Below, one piece after another: positions 19,313-29,745 of a stretch of 64,000 nucleotides of DNA. The notes beneath the pieces were generated by a model. The model was not told the DNA's origin. It made no database searches and was given only the letters and a program-made list of their open reading frames with translations. The stretch is from the NCBI GenBank assembly GCA_041577295.1, contig JBFGJG010000020.1, forward strand, positions 1-64,000. The letters run 5' to 3'. The DNA comes from Gemmatimonadales bacterium. GTDB lineage: Bacteria > Gemmatimonadota > Gemmatimonadetes > Gemmatimonadales > GWC2-71-9. The first letter of the stretch is position 1, and the number at the start of each line of letters is the position of its first letter. The translations under genes were made by a program, and so were the position numbers.

Positions 19313-20641
19313 TCACTGTTCACTTGGTCTCCACTGCTGAGCCCTGTGTGCCGCCGCCGCGAGGATGATGGTGCCGACGATGCGTCCTCCAGTGAATGCG
19401 ATGACGGCCACGGTGACGCCCACCAAGTCTGTCCGCGCGTTGGCCAAGAGGAAGAGCGTAGCGATGAGTGCCACCTCCACCACGGTCGCCCAGGTGATGG
19501 GACGTGTGTGCTCTCCGATCACGAGGATGCCGCGGAGCAACGAAGCAAACACCGACAAGGCGGGGATGGCTACAAAGATGCGTGTTGGCGTGATGGCAAA
19601 AGCGGCGAGCTCCGGTGTCAGGCCCGAGATCGTCAGAAACCATACGTCGGCTAACGGCGTGAACGCGATGAGGGCGAACGCCGCGGAAGCGGCGAGACCG
19701 AGCCAAACTGCGAACCACCCGACTTCGCGCCGATGCTCGAAGCGTTTTCCAATGAGCGCGATCGTCACCTCCTGGTAGCTGAGCCCCATTGCCCGGAACA
19801 AGAACGACAATGCGTGAACCACGGGGTACACGGCCAACGACTCGACCGGGAATCGACCCCGACCCATGAAGAAGGTGAGCATCGGCGGCACGATCAACGC
19901 GATCACTGACGTGAGCGCGAGTGGATAATAGAACGTGAGGATGCGACTGTATGAAAGTTCACGCCCATCCGGGGGTGGCTCGGTGGTTGCTAGCAGACCT
20001 CGCACCGTGCGGCGGGCCATCAAGCGACCCGCCGCCGCCTCGGCGCAGACCCCCGCCGACAGCGCCGCCGCTCCGACGTAAGCCCCCTGGAGTGCATCAA
20101 CCCGATAGAGAAGCAGTGCGGTCACAGTCATCGTGATCAGCCGCAGAACTGTGCCGTACGCCACGAGTCGGGTCTTGCCGTGCCGGATCAGCAGGCCTTG
20201 GTAGAACCGGCGGTAGCCAATCGCCCCCGGCCACGGCAGCAGAATCACCAATGCCCAATACGTCAGCTCAGCTACCTCGGGGTCGAGGCCGATGATGGTC
20301 TGGGTGATGAGCCGAAAGACGGGAGGGATCAGAACCACACCCATCCCCGCGGTAACCACGCCGCCCAGTGCGTAGGCGAAATTGCGCAACCGACGGAAGC
20401 TGATCGCGTCCTCCACCAACGCTGTCGAGGCGCTCATCAGCATGATCACCGGAGCCTCGACGAGAATCGCAAACGCTACTGCGACGCCGTAGGCCGCGAG
20501 GTTGAACTTGGGATCGGCGAGCCGGGCAATGATGGCAGCCAGCAAGGGACCTTCCGCCGCCATCATCAGCCAGGTGGCGGCGAGTGGCGCCCAAAAGACG
20601 AAGATCGACCAGGCGCTGCGGGGTGCAGATGAAGCGGTCAC
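19313..20641 (-). CDS. MATE/MOP-superfamily transporter, ANKH-like
   Basis: About 12 TM segments in two internal repeats (FWAPLA..LAAYGVA and FYYPLA..LAVYPVV); GTG start 12 nt after a TATACT -10-like box. Confidence 0.75.
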   Translation of the reverse strand: MTASSAPRSAWSIFVFWAPLAATWLMMAAEGPLLAAIIARLADPKFNLAAYGVAVAFAILVEAPVIMLMSASTALVEDAISFRRLRNFAYALGGVVTAGMGVVLIPPVFRLITQTIIGLDPEVAELTYWALVILLPWPGAIGYRRFYQGLLIRHGKTRLVAYGTVLRLITMTVTALLLYRVDALQGAYVGAAALSAGVCAEAAAGRLMARRTVRGLLATTEPPPDGRELSYSRILTFYYPLALTSVIALIVPPMLTFFMGRGRFPVESLAVYPVVHALSFLFRAMGLSYQEVTIALIGKRFEHRREVGWFAVWLGLAASAAFALIAFTPLADVWFLTISGLTPELAAFAITPTRIFVAIPALSVFASLLRGILVIGEHTRPITWATVVEVALIATLFLLANARTDLVGVTVAVIAFTGGRIVGTIILAAAAHRAQQWRPSEQ

Positions 20642-20838
20642 GGCTGGGCCGGAGTATAACGGGGCGTCAGGGGCCGTGGACGGTTGACGCCGATTAGCGC
20701 GCCACCCACCGCACACTTCACCCGTTCGGGGTGCTGAATCGCCCACTTGCACGGACCCCGTTGGATCCCACCCTCGACCTTATCCACTATTCGAGCCATC
20801 GGGACGGCAGCAAGACGACGTCCCGGATTGGAGCGGAG

Positions 20839-21063
20839 ATGCGATTTGCCGATGGGGATCACATGTGTGTAGGTGGAATGTGTGTGATGGCACCGCGGTG
20901 CCAGCCGACAGCCTGTCCGGAGCGGTTCTGGGTGACCCGTGCCGCGCCTTGGGCATATCGACTGGTCGATGGGGAGGGGCAACTGTTGGGGCGAATTCCG
21001 GTGCCGGCTGAGGAACCGCGGTTTGGGCCGCTCGCACCCACGTATTACTTGAGGCGATCATGA
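20839..21063 (+). pseudogene. Probable internally deleted relic of a beta-propeller protein gene
   Basis: RBS and ATG at 20839; tail RFWVTR...YRLVDGEGQLLGRIPVP...YYLR resembles the last blade of 6-bladed propeller lipoproteins (from memory). Confidence 0.35.
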
Positions 21064-21339
21064 CCAACGCGAACGTGGATGCCCGCGTGTCTGCAACCAC
21101 CGACACGTCCGCGCCCGAATCAGGCTCCGTACGCCAATCCTCCGGGTCCGGCATCGACGGGTACGCCGGCTTCGTCAGTCAGTGGCTCGTGGCGGCCATG
21201 CAGATGCCACGACACGCGTGGCCCACTCATGTCTCGAGAGGTCCTCGGACGCGGTCGACGTGAATGGGCCGTGTCGTCTCTTGCGTTGCGGGCGCGCCTT
21301 TCTGAGAATGTGGGTAGCTCCTGACTCCAGCGGCAGCGG

Positions 21340-22458
21340 ATGAGCTCACCAACCAGCCCATCGAGATGGTGGTCGCTCTACGCCATGGGATGGATTCCGT
21401 TCCTCGGGATCTACATCTCGGCGTTTGCCTTGAGTGGTGAGCTTTCGCTGTGGCACGCGGTCGCCGCGGGGTTCAACAACGTTCTCCCGTTTGCCGTCTA
21501 CGGGTTGGGCGTCGTGTGGCTCTGTAGTCGACTCCCCTGGCATCCAAACCAGCTTCGCCGACTCATCGGCCTCCACGCCGTTGCCGGGATCTCCTATGCC
21601 GCACTATCGGCGTTCAGTGCCTTAGGGCTCGTCCTCTTGATGCGTCGCGTATTCTCGACGAGTCCGGAGCATGCGGAGTGCGTTGCATGCATCATTGTCT
21701 GGCAGTTCTTCATGGGGCTCATGATCTACACCATCCTCTCGAGCCTCACCTATGCGTATCGGACGACGGCGCGGTTACGCGAGGAAGAGCGCCGTGCTTC
21801 CCGAGCGGAAGCGCTCAAGGCCCAGGCCGAGCTGCAGGCTCTTCGCGCGCAGCTCAATCCGCACTTCCTGTTCAACACACTCCATACTTTGATCGCCCTC
21901 GTGCGTCGCGACCCCGCAGCGGCGGAGGACGGCATTGAACAGTTTGCCGATCTGCTCCGATACGCGTCGCGGGTGCATCAGGAAACCCGCGACGAGGTCA
22001 CGCTCGCCGAGGAGTGGGAGTTCGTGCAGTGCTATCTCGCGCTCGAAACCCTCCGAGTGGGAGACCGGTTACGTCTGCGCACGACGCTTCAGGATCAGGC
22101 CCTCGAATGCACCGTCCCCTCATTCTGTCTTCAACCGTTGGTCGAGAATGCGGTGCGTCACGGCATCGCGCCGCGGGCCGGTGGAGGTACGATCTGGATT
22201 GGCGCCGGCCTGAGCAACGGAGAGCTACGACTCGAGGTTCGTGACGACGGGCCCGGTACCACGCTCGCATCGGTGGACCAAAACGCCCGGCTGGGCTTGC
22301 GTCTCGTGCGGCAGCGGCTCGAGGCCCTGTACGGCCCGCGGGCTCGTTTTGAAGTGGTGACGGCACCCAATGCGGGATTCACCGTGCGGCTGTTCGTTCC
22401 CACGGAACGTCGGACGCCAGCCGTCGACGCGAGTGATGGTGCGGGCGCTGATCGCTGA
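21340..22458 (+). CDS. LytS/YehU-type sensor histidine kinase
   Basis: 4 TM segments; LRAQLNPHFLFNTL; LQPLVENAVRHG; DDGPG. Confidence 0.95.
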   Translation: MSSPTSPSRWWSLYAMGWIPFLGIYISAFALSGELSLWHAVAAGFNNVLPFAVYGLGVVWLCSRLPWHPNQLRRLIGLHAVAGISYAALSAFSALGLVLLMRRVFSTSPEHAECVACIIVWQFFMGLMIYTILSSLTYAYRTTARLREEERRASRAEALKAQAELQALRAQLNPHFLFNTLHTLIALVRRDPAAAEDGIEQFADLLRYASRVHQETRDEVTLAEEWEFVQCYLALETLRVGDRLRLRTTLQDQALECTVPSFCLQPLVENAVRHGIAPRAGGGTIWIGAGLSNGELRLEVRDDGPGTTLASVDQNARLGLRLVRQRLEALYGPRARFEVVTAPNAGFTVRLFVPTERRTPAVDASDGAGADR

Positions 22459-23173
22459 AGACGAGCCAGTTGCCCGCCAGGCGCTCAGGGAGCTTGCTGG
22501 TGAGGTCGATTGGCTGGAGATCGTCGGCGAAGCCGAGGATGGTCGCGTCGCGCTCCGATTGATCAACAAGCTGGAGCCGGATCTCGTATTCCTCGATGTT
22601 CAGATGCCGGAGCTCACGGGACTGCAGGTGCTCGAGCAGGCCAACCACCAGCCCGCTGTGGTGTTCACGACCGCCTACGATCAGTACGCCGTCGCAGCAT
22701 TCGAGCTCGAGGCGATCGACTATCTGGTAAAGCCGTTCGGACGCAAGCGCTTTCATGCGATGCTAGAACGCGTTCGGCGGCGGCTGGAAGCCCCAAATTC
22801 GGAGGAGGCTCTCCATGTGAGGATTCGGGAGGCGCTCGAGCCCGGTCCCATCAAGAGACTCTTCGCACGCCTCGGCAGTACGATCGTCCCGTTCGCGGTC
22901 GCGTCGGTTGCCCGCTTCGAGGCCACCGGCAGTTACGTTGCGGCCTTTTCGGACCGCGGACGGTATCTCCTCAACGTCTCGCTCGCGGAGCTGGAGGCAC
23001 GGCTCGATCCGGAACGTTTCCGACGAGTCCACCGCCAGCACATCATCAACCTGGATTTTGTGGCATCGATCGAGCCGTACGATGATCGGCGTGTCGTCGT
23101 CAAACTCACCGATGGCTCCACAGTCGTCGCCAGCCGGGCGGGGTCCCAACTCCTGAGGGGCCTGGTCAGTTAG
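22436..23173 (+). CDS. LytTR family response regulator
   Basis: ALIAEDE, FLDVQMP, FTTAYD, DYLVKP and LytTR motif FRRVHRQHIIN. Confidence 0.95.
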   Translation: MVRALIAEDEPVARQALRELAGEVDWLEIVGEAEDGRVALRLINKLEPDLVFLDVQMPELTGLQVLEQANHQPAVVFTTAYDQYAVAAFELEAIDYLVKPFGRKRFHAMLERVRRRLEAPNSEEALHVRIREALEPGPIKRLFARLGSTIVPFAVASVARFEATGSYVAAFSDRGRYLLNVSLAELEARLDPERFRRVHRQHIINLDFVASIEPYDDRRVVVKLTDGSTVVASRAGSQLLRGLVS

Positions 23174-23269
23174 ACGTGAGGAGTGCGCCGTAGAGAGTAA
23201 GGAGTCCCCGCTCGTCCCATTTCATTTCGCTTCCTCCTAGTATTGTTCTGTCACCGTTTGATGGGGTAA

Positions 23270-25681
23270 TTGGCGCTGCGAATTGGAACGTTGCGAGGGC
23301 TGCGGGTCCTCCTTGTTGCTCTCCTCTTGATCTGCCCGCCTCTGTGGGCGCAGGGTGAGCGAGGGCGTGTTGTGGAGGGCATGGTCCGGGACACAGTCTC
23401 GGGGGATCCCATTGCGTTTGCGATCGTGCGGACAGCAGGTACTGGGCAGTCGGTGCTCAGCTCGCACGATGGCCAATTCCGTATCGCGCTTCCGCCGGGT
23501 GAGTGGGTGCTCGAGTTTCGCAAGATCGGGTACCGGATGACGTCCGTTGCCATTCAGGTGGAGGAGACCGGCGCGCAGGCGGATGTGTGGATGCGGCCCA
23601 TTCCGGTGGAGCTGGATGCGATCGTCGTCCAAGATGAGTACGAAAACCCGGCTCTGGGAATCATCCGCCGTGCCATCGCCCGTAAGAATGATCTTCTGGC
23701 TCGGATACAGGATTACCGGTACGACGCATACGTAAAGTTTGTGGTGCGAGACCTCAAAAAGCACCGCGACTCGCTCGAGTCTGTCGTACTCATCACGGAG
23801 ACCCAAACGAAGGCCTACTGGGAGTGGCCGGATAGATATCAGGAAATCATCGTAGCGCGCCGGCAGTCGAAGAACCTAGACGCCGAGGAGAATCTGGTGT
23901 CCGTGGGCCAGATCGTAAACTTCAATCGGGATCGGATCGATCTGGGGAAATACTCGGTTGTCTCCCCAACTGCTGATGACGCGCTTCAATCGTACGACTA
24001 CCAGATCATCGACACTCTGTGGGACGGGGGTCAGATGATCTATCGGCTCGCGATCGAACCGAAGTCGAACGCACGGCCGTTGTTCGCCGGGATGATCGAT
24101 ATTGCCGACTCGACGTTTGACGTCCGCATGATCGACGTCGGAGCAAACAAGGCGCTCCGGTTCGAGCTGTTCGAAGACCTTCGCTACCGGCAACGTTTGG
24201 CGCAGGTCGGCGACGATGCGTGGATGCCCATCGAGATCCGCTTTACGGGTGAGATCCACATCAACATTCCCATCCCCGGATTTCCCAATCATCTCACGTT
24301 CGAGCACGCCGCGCTGCTCGACAACTTCGAGTTCGACGCGGGCGGCACGCCCAAATCGCTCGGCGAGTATCTCATCGTTGTCGATGACGATGCCGATCGG
24401 CAGGACAGCACCGCGTGGGCCAGCCGACGGCCGGTGCCGCTGAGCGACGTCGAAACAGCAGCGTGGACTCGCATCGACTCCATCGCTGCACAACCGCAAT
24501 CGCTTGGTACTCGAGCGCTCGGCGCGACCTTCGTGTTGATTGGCGTGGGTACTAATGAAGACTTCTTTCACTTCAATCGCGTGCAGGGCGCCTATCTCGG
24601 CGCAGGTGCGACGGTGCGAGGTCTGTCGCCTAACCTTCAGCTTCGCTTGCGAACCGGGCACGCTTTTGGGCGCGATGCGTGGGAATACGAACTCGGCGGG
24701 TGGTACCGGTTATCCGAGGTCCAGCGGCTGTGGATCGGCGCTATGTATCGGGACCAGCTGGTTGCACGGCCGGCGATCGTCTCCGGCGGCCGCAACACGA
24801 CGATCGCGGCAGTGTGGGATAAGGACGACCCGTTGGATTACTATCGGGAGCGAGGCCTCTCGGCGAATGTGCAGCTCAAACTGATCGACTTCGTACGCTT
24901 CAACGTCGGGTACAACGATATGCGGCACTGGAGTACAGCCGTCACGTCCAACTACTCGTTCTTCGACCGGAAGGCGATACCGCGCCCCAACCCGGCCGTT
25001 ACGGATGGTCGACTGCGATCGTTTTCGGCGCAGGTGACGTACGATTCTCGTCCCCGTCTCAAGCGCAAGGGCCGCGATTTTCTGTTCGAAACCTTTACCT
25101 ACACCCAAGTCACGCTCGGAGCGGAAGTGGCGGCTCCGAGCGTGATTGCCAACGACTTTGACTTCACACGCTACTTCCTGCGCGTCCATCGGCGCCAACG
25201 CACGCTCAACCTCGGTCTCACGACATTCGACGTGGTGTTGGGCGGCTCGGGTGGTGAGCTCCCACCGCAGCGCTACTACACTGTGGACTTCGGTAGGGGT
25301 GAGGGACCGTTTTTCGAGACGGAGGGATTCAACACGCTGGGTGGTGTCAACTTCTCCGGCAACTTTGTGGGTGTCCTCCGCGTTCGACATGACTTCGAGC
25401 AACAGCTCTTCCGGCGCAGTGGGATCCCCCTCATTCGTGACCTGCCATTTACCTTGAGCCTCCACGGCGGGACGTTCTGGACCGACTTTCTCGACCACGT
25501 GCCTAATCCCGGTGATGAAGTGATCGCGACCGCGCCGAGGCCCTACGTCGAGCTCGGGTTTGGACTCGGCAATCTCACCCCATGGATCTCACCGCTCAAT
25601 TTCAGCGTCTGGTTCGTTTGGCAAGCGTCGGACTACGAAACGGATCGTCTCCGCATCGCCATCGGGCTCCCCGAGCTGTGA
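23270..25681 (+). CDS. Outer-membrane protein with carboxypeptidase-regulatory-like and DUF5686 domains
   Basis: Signal peptide; G.VRD..SGDPIAFA.V; IIRRAIARK; SP.ADDA...YDY; FNRVQG; C-terminal beta-barrel ending PYVELGFGLGN. Confidence 0.85.
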   Translation: MALRIGTLRGLRVLLVALLLICPPLWAQGERGRVVEGMVRDTVSGDPIAFAIVRTAGTGQSVLSSHDGQFRIALPPGEWVLEFRKIGYRMTSVAIQVEETGAQADVWMRPIPVELDAIVVQDEYENPALGIIRRAIARKNDLLARIQDYRYDAYVKFVVRDLKKHRDSLESVVLITETQTKAYWEWPDRYQEIIVARRQSKNLDAEENLVSVGQIVNFNRDRIDLGKYSVVSPTADDALQSYDYQIIDTLWDGGQMIYRLAIEPKSNARPLFAGMIDIADSTFDVRMIDVGANKALRFELFEDLRYRQRLAQVGDDAWMPIEIRFTGEIHINIPIPGFPNHLTFEHAALLDNFEFDAGGTPKSLGEYLIVVDDDADRQDSTAWASRRPVPLSDVETAAWTRIDSIAAQPQSLGTRALGATFVLIGVGTNEDFFHFNRVQGAYLGAGATVRGLSPNLQLRLRTGHAFGRDAWEYELGGWYRLSEVQRLWIGAMYRDQLVARPAIVSGGRNTTIAAVWDKDDPLDYYRERGLSANVQLKLIDFVRFNVGYNDMRHWSTAVTSNYSFFDRKAIPRPNPAVTDGRLRSFSAQVTYDSRPRLKRKGRDFLFETFTYTQVTLGAEVAAPSVIANDFDFTRYFLRVHRRQRTLNLGLTTFDVVLGGSGGELPPQRYYTVDFGRGEGPFFETEGFNTLGGVNFSGNFVGVLRVRHDFEQQLFRRSGIPLIRDLPFTLSLHGGTFWTDFLDHVPNPGDEVIATAPRPYVELGFGLGNLTPWISPLNFSVWFVWQASDYETDRLRIAIGLPEL

Positions 25682-25705
25682 GCCCGACTACATAGGCTTT
25701 CCCCA

Positions 25706-27010
25706 ATGCGGTTCGTCAGCACGAACGGAACAGCGCCGACATGCGATCTCCGGACCGCGCTCCTAGAGGGGCTCGCGTCCGACGGCGGACTATTCCTGCC
25801 AGCGGATCTCTCTCCCCTCCCGCAGGCTACGCTCGCCGCACTGCCCGGCAGAGGGCTTCATGCTGTCGCGGCCGCCGTGTGGAGACACCTCTTGGGTGCA
25901 TCCGTTGACGACGCGAGACTGAACGAGCTGATTCGCGAGGCGGTGACCTTCGACACACCGCTCGTTCCCCTCGATGAGCATGTGTCCGTGCTCGAGCTTT
26001 TTCACGGACCCACGCTAGCCTTCAAAGACGTAGGTGCCCGATTCCTGTCCGCACTCCTGACGGGGGTCAGGCAACCGACCGATCCGCCGCTCACCGTGAT
26101 CACCGCCACCTCGGGCGATACGGGCGGCGCCGTGGCACACGCTTTTGCTGACCGGCCGCGTACGCGCGTGGTTATCCTGTTTCCCCAAAACCAGGTCAGT
26201 CCGGTCCAGCGCAAACAGTTCACGACCGTCGGAGGCAACGTGCTTGCCGTCGCCGTTGCGGGAACGTTCGACGACTGCCAGACGCTAGCGAAGCGCGCGC
26301 TGCTGGACAACGAGTTGCGTGAACACGTGCAGCTCTCGTCGGCGAACTCGGTAAACGTGGGCCGCCTGTTGCCGCAGATGCTGTACTATGCGCATGCCTG
26401 GGCGCAGTACTCCGCGCAGGAGATCCCGCTCGTGAGTGTGCCGTCGGGGAATTTCGGCAACTTGACGGCGGGGCTGATGGCGAAGCGACTCGGGGTTCCG
26501 ATCGCCCACTTCATCGCAGCAACCAATGCCAACGCGGTGGTGCCGAAGTGGCTAACCACTGGAGAGTACGTGCCCCAGACGTCGGTACGAACGATCTCGA
26601 GTGCGATGGATGTGGGCGATCCGAGCAACGTTCCGCGAATACGTGCGCTCTACGGTGACGATCTCACACACCTCCGTGCACACGTGAGCGGCAGCACGCA
26701 CTCAGACGCCGACACCCGTGAGGCGATGGCGGATGTCTACCGGCGATTTGACTACGTGTTGGATCCCCATTCGGCCGTCGGATACCTCGGCCTTATGAAT
26801 GGGTTACGCGGCGCGGCTGCGGGGAAGGGGATCTTCCTCGCGACGGCGCATCCGGCAAAGTTTCCCGACATCGTCGCCTCCGCGATCGGCCGGCCGGTGC
26901 GGACCCCTGAGCGGCTCGCGGCCACCCTCGAGCGCGATGAGCACGTCATTCGCATCGCCGCAGACCTGCCGGTGCTGAAGCGGCTGTTGCTCACCACGGG
27001 TGGGCGATAA
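25706..27010 (+). CDS. thrC: Threonine synthase
   Basis: GLASDGGLF, LELFHGPTLAFKD (PLP Lys), ATSGDTG, SANSVN, VPSGNFGN, TAHPAKF. Confidence 0.97.
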   Translation: MRFVSTNGTAPTCDLRTALLEGLASDGGLFLPADLSPLPQATLAALPGRGLHAVAAAVWRHLLGASVDDARLNELIREAVTFDTPLVPLDEHVSVLELFHGPTLAFKDVGARFLSALLTGVRQPTDPPLTVITATSGDTGGAVAHAFADRPRTRVVILFPQNQVSPVQRKQFTTVGGNVLAVAVAGTFDDCQTLAKRALLDNELREHVQLSSANSVNVGRLLPQMLYYAHAWAQYSAQEIPLVSVPSGNFGNLTAGLMAKRLGVPIAHFIAATNANAVVPKWLTTGEYVPQTSVRTISSAMDVGDPSNVPRIRALYGDDLTHLRAHVSGSTHSDADTREAMADVYRRFDYVLDPHSAVGYLGLMNGLRGAAAGKGIFLATAHPAKFPDIVASAIGRPVRTPERLAATLERDEHVIRIAADLPVLKRLLLTTGGR

Positions 27011-27113
27011 TTCCGTTCTTGTCGGTTGGGTGGGGCACCCGATGCCGTTCTCTGTGAGCTCGTAGTCTTGATCTGTACCCGGTGTGGCTCAATCCACCCA
27101 CCTCGGCCCGGCT

Positions 27114-27171
27114 GCCACAGAGGACAGAGAGCTCAGTAACCTCGTCGCTGTTTCTCTGTGCACTCTGTGGC
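27114..27171. repeat. Short palindromic intergenic element built from CACAGAG/CTCTGTG units
   Basis: GCCACAGAG-GACAGAGA ... TCTCTGTG-CA-CTCTGTGGC imperfect inverted repeat. Confidence 0.65.
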
Positions 27172-27222
27172 GATCATTGACGAAGCGACATGTTCTTTGC
27201 ACTGCAACACAGAGGAGGGTTC

Positions 27223-27600
27223 GTGCCAACACAGCAGGTTCAGCACCTTCGCTGGGACGACATGCCGAAGGAGCCCGTCACCGATGTCATCAGCCGGCGT
27301 TACGTGACAGGTGAGCGCACCATGGTCGCCCAGATTTTTCTCGAGAAGGGGAGCGTGGTCCCAACCCATTCGCACGAGAATGAGCAGATCAGCTATCTGC
27401 TACGTGGGGCACTGCGCTTCTGGATCGGCGCCGATGGATCACGTGAGCTCGTCCAGCGCGCGGGAGACGTGGTGGTCATTCCGCCAAACGTTCCTCACAA
27501 GGCCGAAGCGCTCGAGGAAACGCTGAGCATCGACGTCTTTACCCCGCCGCGGCGGGATTGGATTGAGGGTACGGATTCGTACTTTCACCGCAAGGAGTGA
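27223..27600 (+). CDS. Cupin domain protein
   Basis: PTHSHENEQ and GDVVVIPPNVPH; DVFTPPR; RBS GGAGGG before GTG at 27223. Confidence 0.93.
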   Translation: MPTQQVQHLRWDDMPKEPVTDVISRRYVTGERTMVAQIFLEKGSVVPTHSHENEQISYLLRGALRFWIGADGSRELVQRAGDVVVIPPNVPHKAEALEETLSIDVFTPPRRDWIEGTDSYFHRKE

Positions 27601-27641
27601 TCGCCGGCTGAGCCGAACGACTACACGTCTCGCAGGGGCGC

Positions 27642-27821
27642 TCAGCGAAGCAGCCACGCAGCAGTTCCCAGCGGGATGACGACGTAGAGGACGAGATCGC
27701 GGATCAGGTAGAAGAGAACCACGGCGACAACGAGCTTCCAACCGCGCTTTCTCAGAACGCCCTTCCAGCCAATGGCGCGCCGCTCCTCTCGGAGGGACTT
27801 AGCTAGCTGGAGCAAGCCCAT
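27642..27821 (-). CDS. Small (59 aa) membrane protein
   Basis: Below the ORF track cutoff: MGLLQLAKSLREERRAIGWKGVLRKRGWKLVVAVVLFYLIRDLVLYVVIPLGTAAWLLR, a basic amphipathic N-terminus plus a hydrophobic C-terminus containing FYLIRD. Confidence 0.7.
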   Translation of the reverse strand: MGLLQLAKSLREERRAIGWKGVLRKRGWKLVVAVVLFYLIRDLVLYVVIPLGTAAWLLR

Positions 27822-28110
27822 GGCGTACGAGGCAGCGGACCGGCCGGTCTAGGATTGGGAACCATGAAGCGAAGCATATGCCGAGCCCCTCCCCTCGCAA
27901 GCCTGGCGGCAAGCCGGAGTTCGGTTGATGGGACCTATCACGATCACGCGGTTCGCGCGATAGCTTTGGGGGGACCAATCGGGGGCATTTCCACACCAGC
28001 CGCCGCTGTGCGTTCGTGACGTATGTCCTTTGCCCTCAAAGGCACTGCCCCGTAGCTTTCACGACACTGGCGGCATTCGATTTGCTCAGCCGTCGTGGGA
28101 GGCAAAAAAC

Positions 28111-29703
28111 GTGGTCAAGGTCGCGACACTCAAGGAACAGGCCCGCCAATTTGAGCGTGACGGGGATCTCGAGAAGGCCCTGGCGATCTACCGGCACATC
28201 CTCACCCACCTCGAGGGCACCCCGGCTATCAAGGGGCAGCTCCCCTTGTATGTGAAGGTCGGCGATCTCCATCTCAAGCAGGGAGACACCGAGGGCGCCA
28301 TCGACATGTACGAGCGGGCGGCGGACCACTACGCGGAACATGGCTCCGCAAAGAGCGTCATCGCGCTGTGTCTCAAGATTCTTCGCGTGGCACCAAAGCA
28401 CACCTCGGTGTACCTCACCTACGCCCGCCAACTGTTGGAAAATGGCCATGTGGCCGCGACGCGGGACGTGCTGGCCGATTTCGCCGAGCGTGCCAACCTG
28501 GTGAAGCCACTCGAGACGCTGCGGAAGGTGGCTGACAGTCCGGATGCCGAGGTGCGGCCGGTACTCGAGCGGATGCTCGCCGGTGTGAAGGGTCGTCCCG
28601 CGGAGCCCGCGCCGCCACTCGAGGAAGAGGAACCGGTTCACGAGCCAGTTCCTGAGCCTCAGCAAACCGTGGCGGCCCATGAGGAGGCGGAAGAGGAGCC
28701 ACCTGAGGAAGAGTCTGCCGAACACGTGGCGACGGTCTCGACGGCTGACGTCGCGCAAGAGATGTTCTCGTCAGAGCAGCCGGAACCCTACCACGAGATG
28801 GAACGCTCCCGCGTATCGGGCGAGATGGCGGCGGAGATCTCGGTGGTGCAGAGGCGGGTGGACCGAGCCTCCGAAAGAGGCACTGCCAGTGAACGCCGGC
28901 CATTCGAGAGCTTTGCGCGAGATGCCGAGCGCCGGAAGACGTCATCACGCATCTGGCTGTTTGCCGCCCTCGCGCTCATCGTGCTCGCGATCATCGGAGC
29001 GTTTATCAAGCTCGGGGTAATCCCGCTCGATCTCGGCGGACTCTTTGGTGGCTCGGAAGCGACCGCTGGAAACGCGTCGGCTGCGGGTCCAACGAGCGGC
29101 GTTCCGGCTGCCGTCGCTGACTCGGCGGGAGAAGATCTGAGCGAGATGATTTCAGACACTGTCGGTCAGTCACCCGATTCGATAGGTGTTGACTCGCTTG
29201 CTGTGGATTCGCTGGTGACGGACTCTTCACTAGGAAACGCGAGCGGTGCGAGTGGTGGCGGAGGCGCGGCCGCAGCGGCAGCACAGCCAGCCGGCCTGGA
29301 CCAGCCGACCGCGCCTCAGTCGGCGGCCTCAAGCGGCTCAGCGTCCCGGCCATCGGGAACCGCCCCGCTGCCGGCCGGGCTCGAGCTCTCAGGCCCAATC
29401 ATCCTGATTGGCGGGCTCGCTGTCGACAGCGTCACGGAATTTCCTTCTGGTGAGCTGACTGGTGTCCGGGTGATTCACCGACTCGCGACCAACGAGCCGC
29501 TGATCTTGCGGGCTGTTCCGGCGGGTGGTCGCCTCGGCGACACCACGGCCACTGGTCCACCTCGTGTCACACCTTTGCGAGGCGATACCGCATTTGGGTC
29601 GGTGATGTTTGCAGGCTATCGGGTCAACGCTCGCGGGAAGCTTCCGACCGACACCCTCAGAGCACTGCTGCAGCAGCTCGTCCGGGTACAGCCGCAAAAC
29701 TGA
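28111..29703 (+). CDS. TPR-repeat bitopic membrane protein
   Basis: RBS GGGAGG with GTG; N-terminal TPRs (KALAIYRHIL, VGDLHLKQG..AIDMYERAA); acidic Pro/Glu linker; one TM segment; Ser/Ala-rich spacer; small C-terminal domain. Confidence 0.8.
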   Translation: MVKVATLKEQARQFERDGDLEKALAIYRHILTHLEGTPAIKGQLPLYVKVGDLHLKQGDTEGAIDMYERAADHYAEHGSAKSVIALCLKILRVAPKHTSVYLTYARQLLENGHVAATRDVLADFAERANLVKPLETLRKVADSPDAEVRPVLERMLAGVKGRPAEPAPPLEEEEPVHEPVPEPQQTVAAHEEAEEEPPEEESAEHVATVSTADVAQEMFSSEQPEPYHEMERSRVSGEMAAEISVVQRRVDRASERGTASERRPFESFARDAERRKTSSRIWLFAALALIVLAIIGAFIKLGVIPLDLGGLFGGSEATAGNASAAGPTSGVPAAVADSAGEDLSEMISDTVGQSPDSIGVDSLAVDSLVTDSSLGNASGASGGGGAAAAAAQPAGLDQPTAPQSAASSGSASRPSGTAPLPAGLELSGPIILIGGLAVDSVTEFPSGELTGVRVIHRLATNEPLILRAVPAGGRLGDTTATGPPRVTPLRGDTAFGSVMFAGYRVNARGKLPTDTLRALLQQLVRVQPQN

Positions 29704-29745
29704 TCGTTCCTCCGCTTCCACATTCACACTTCTCCTTCCATTCCT

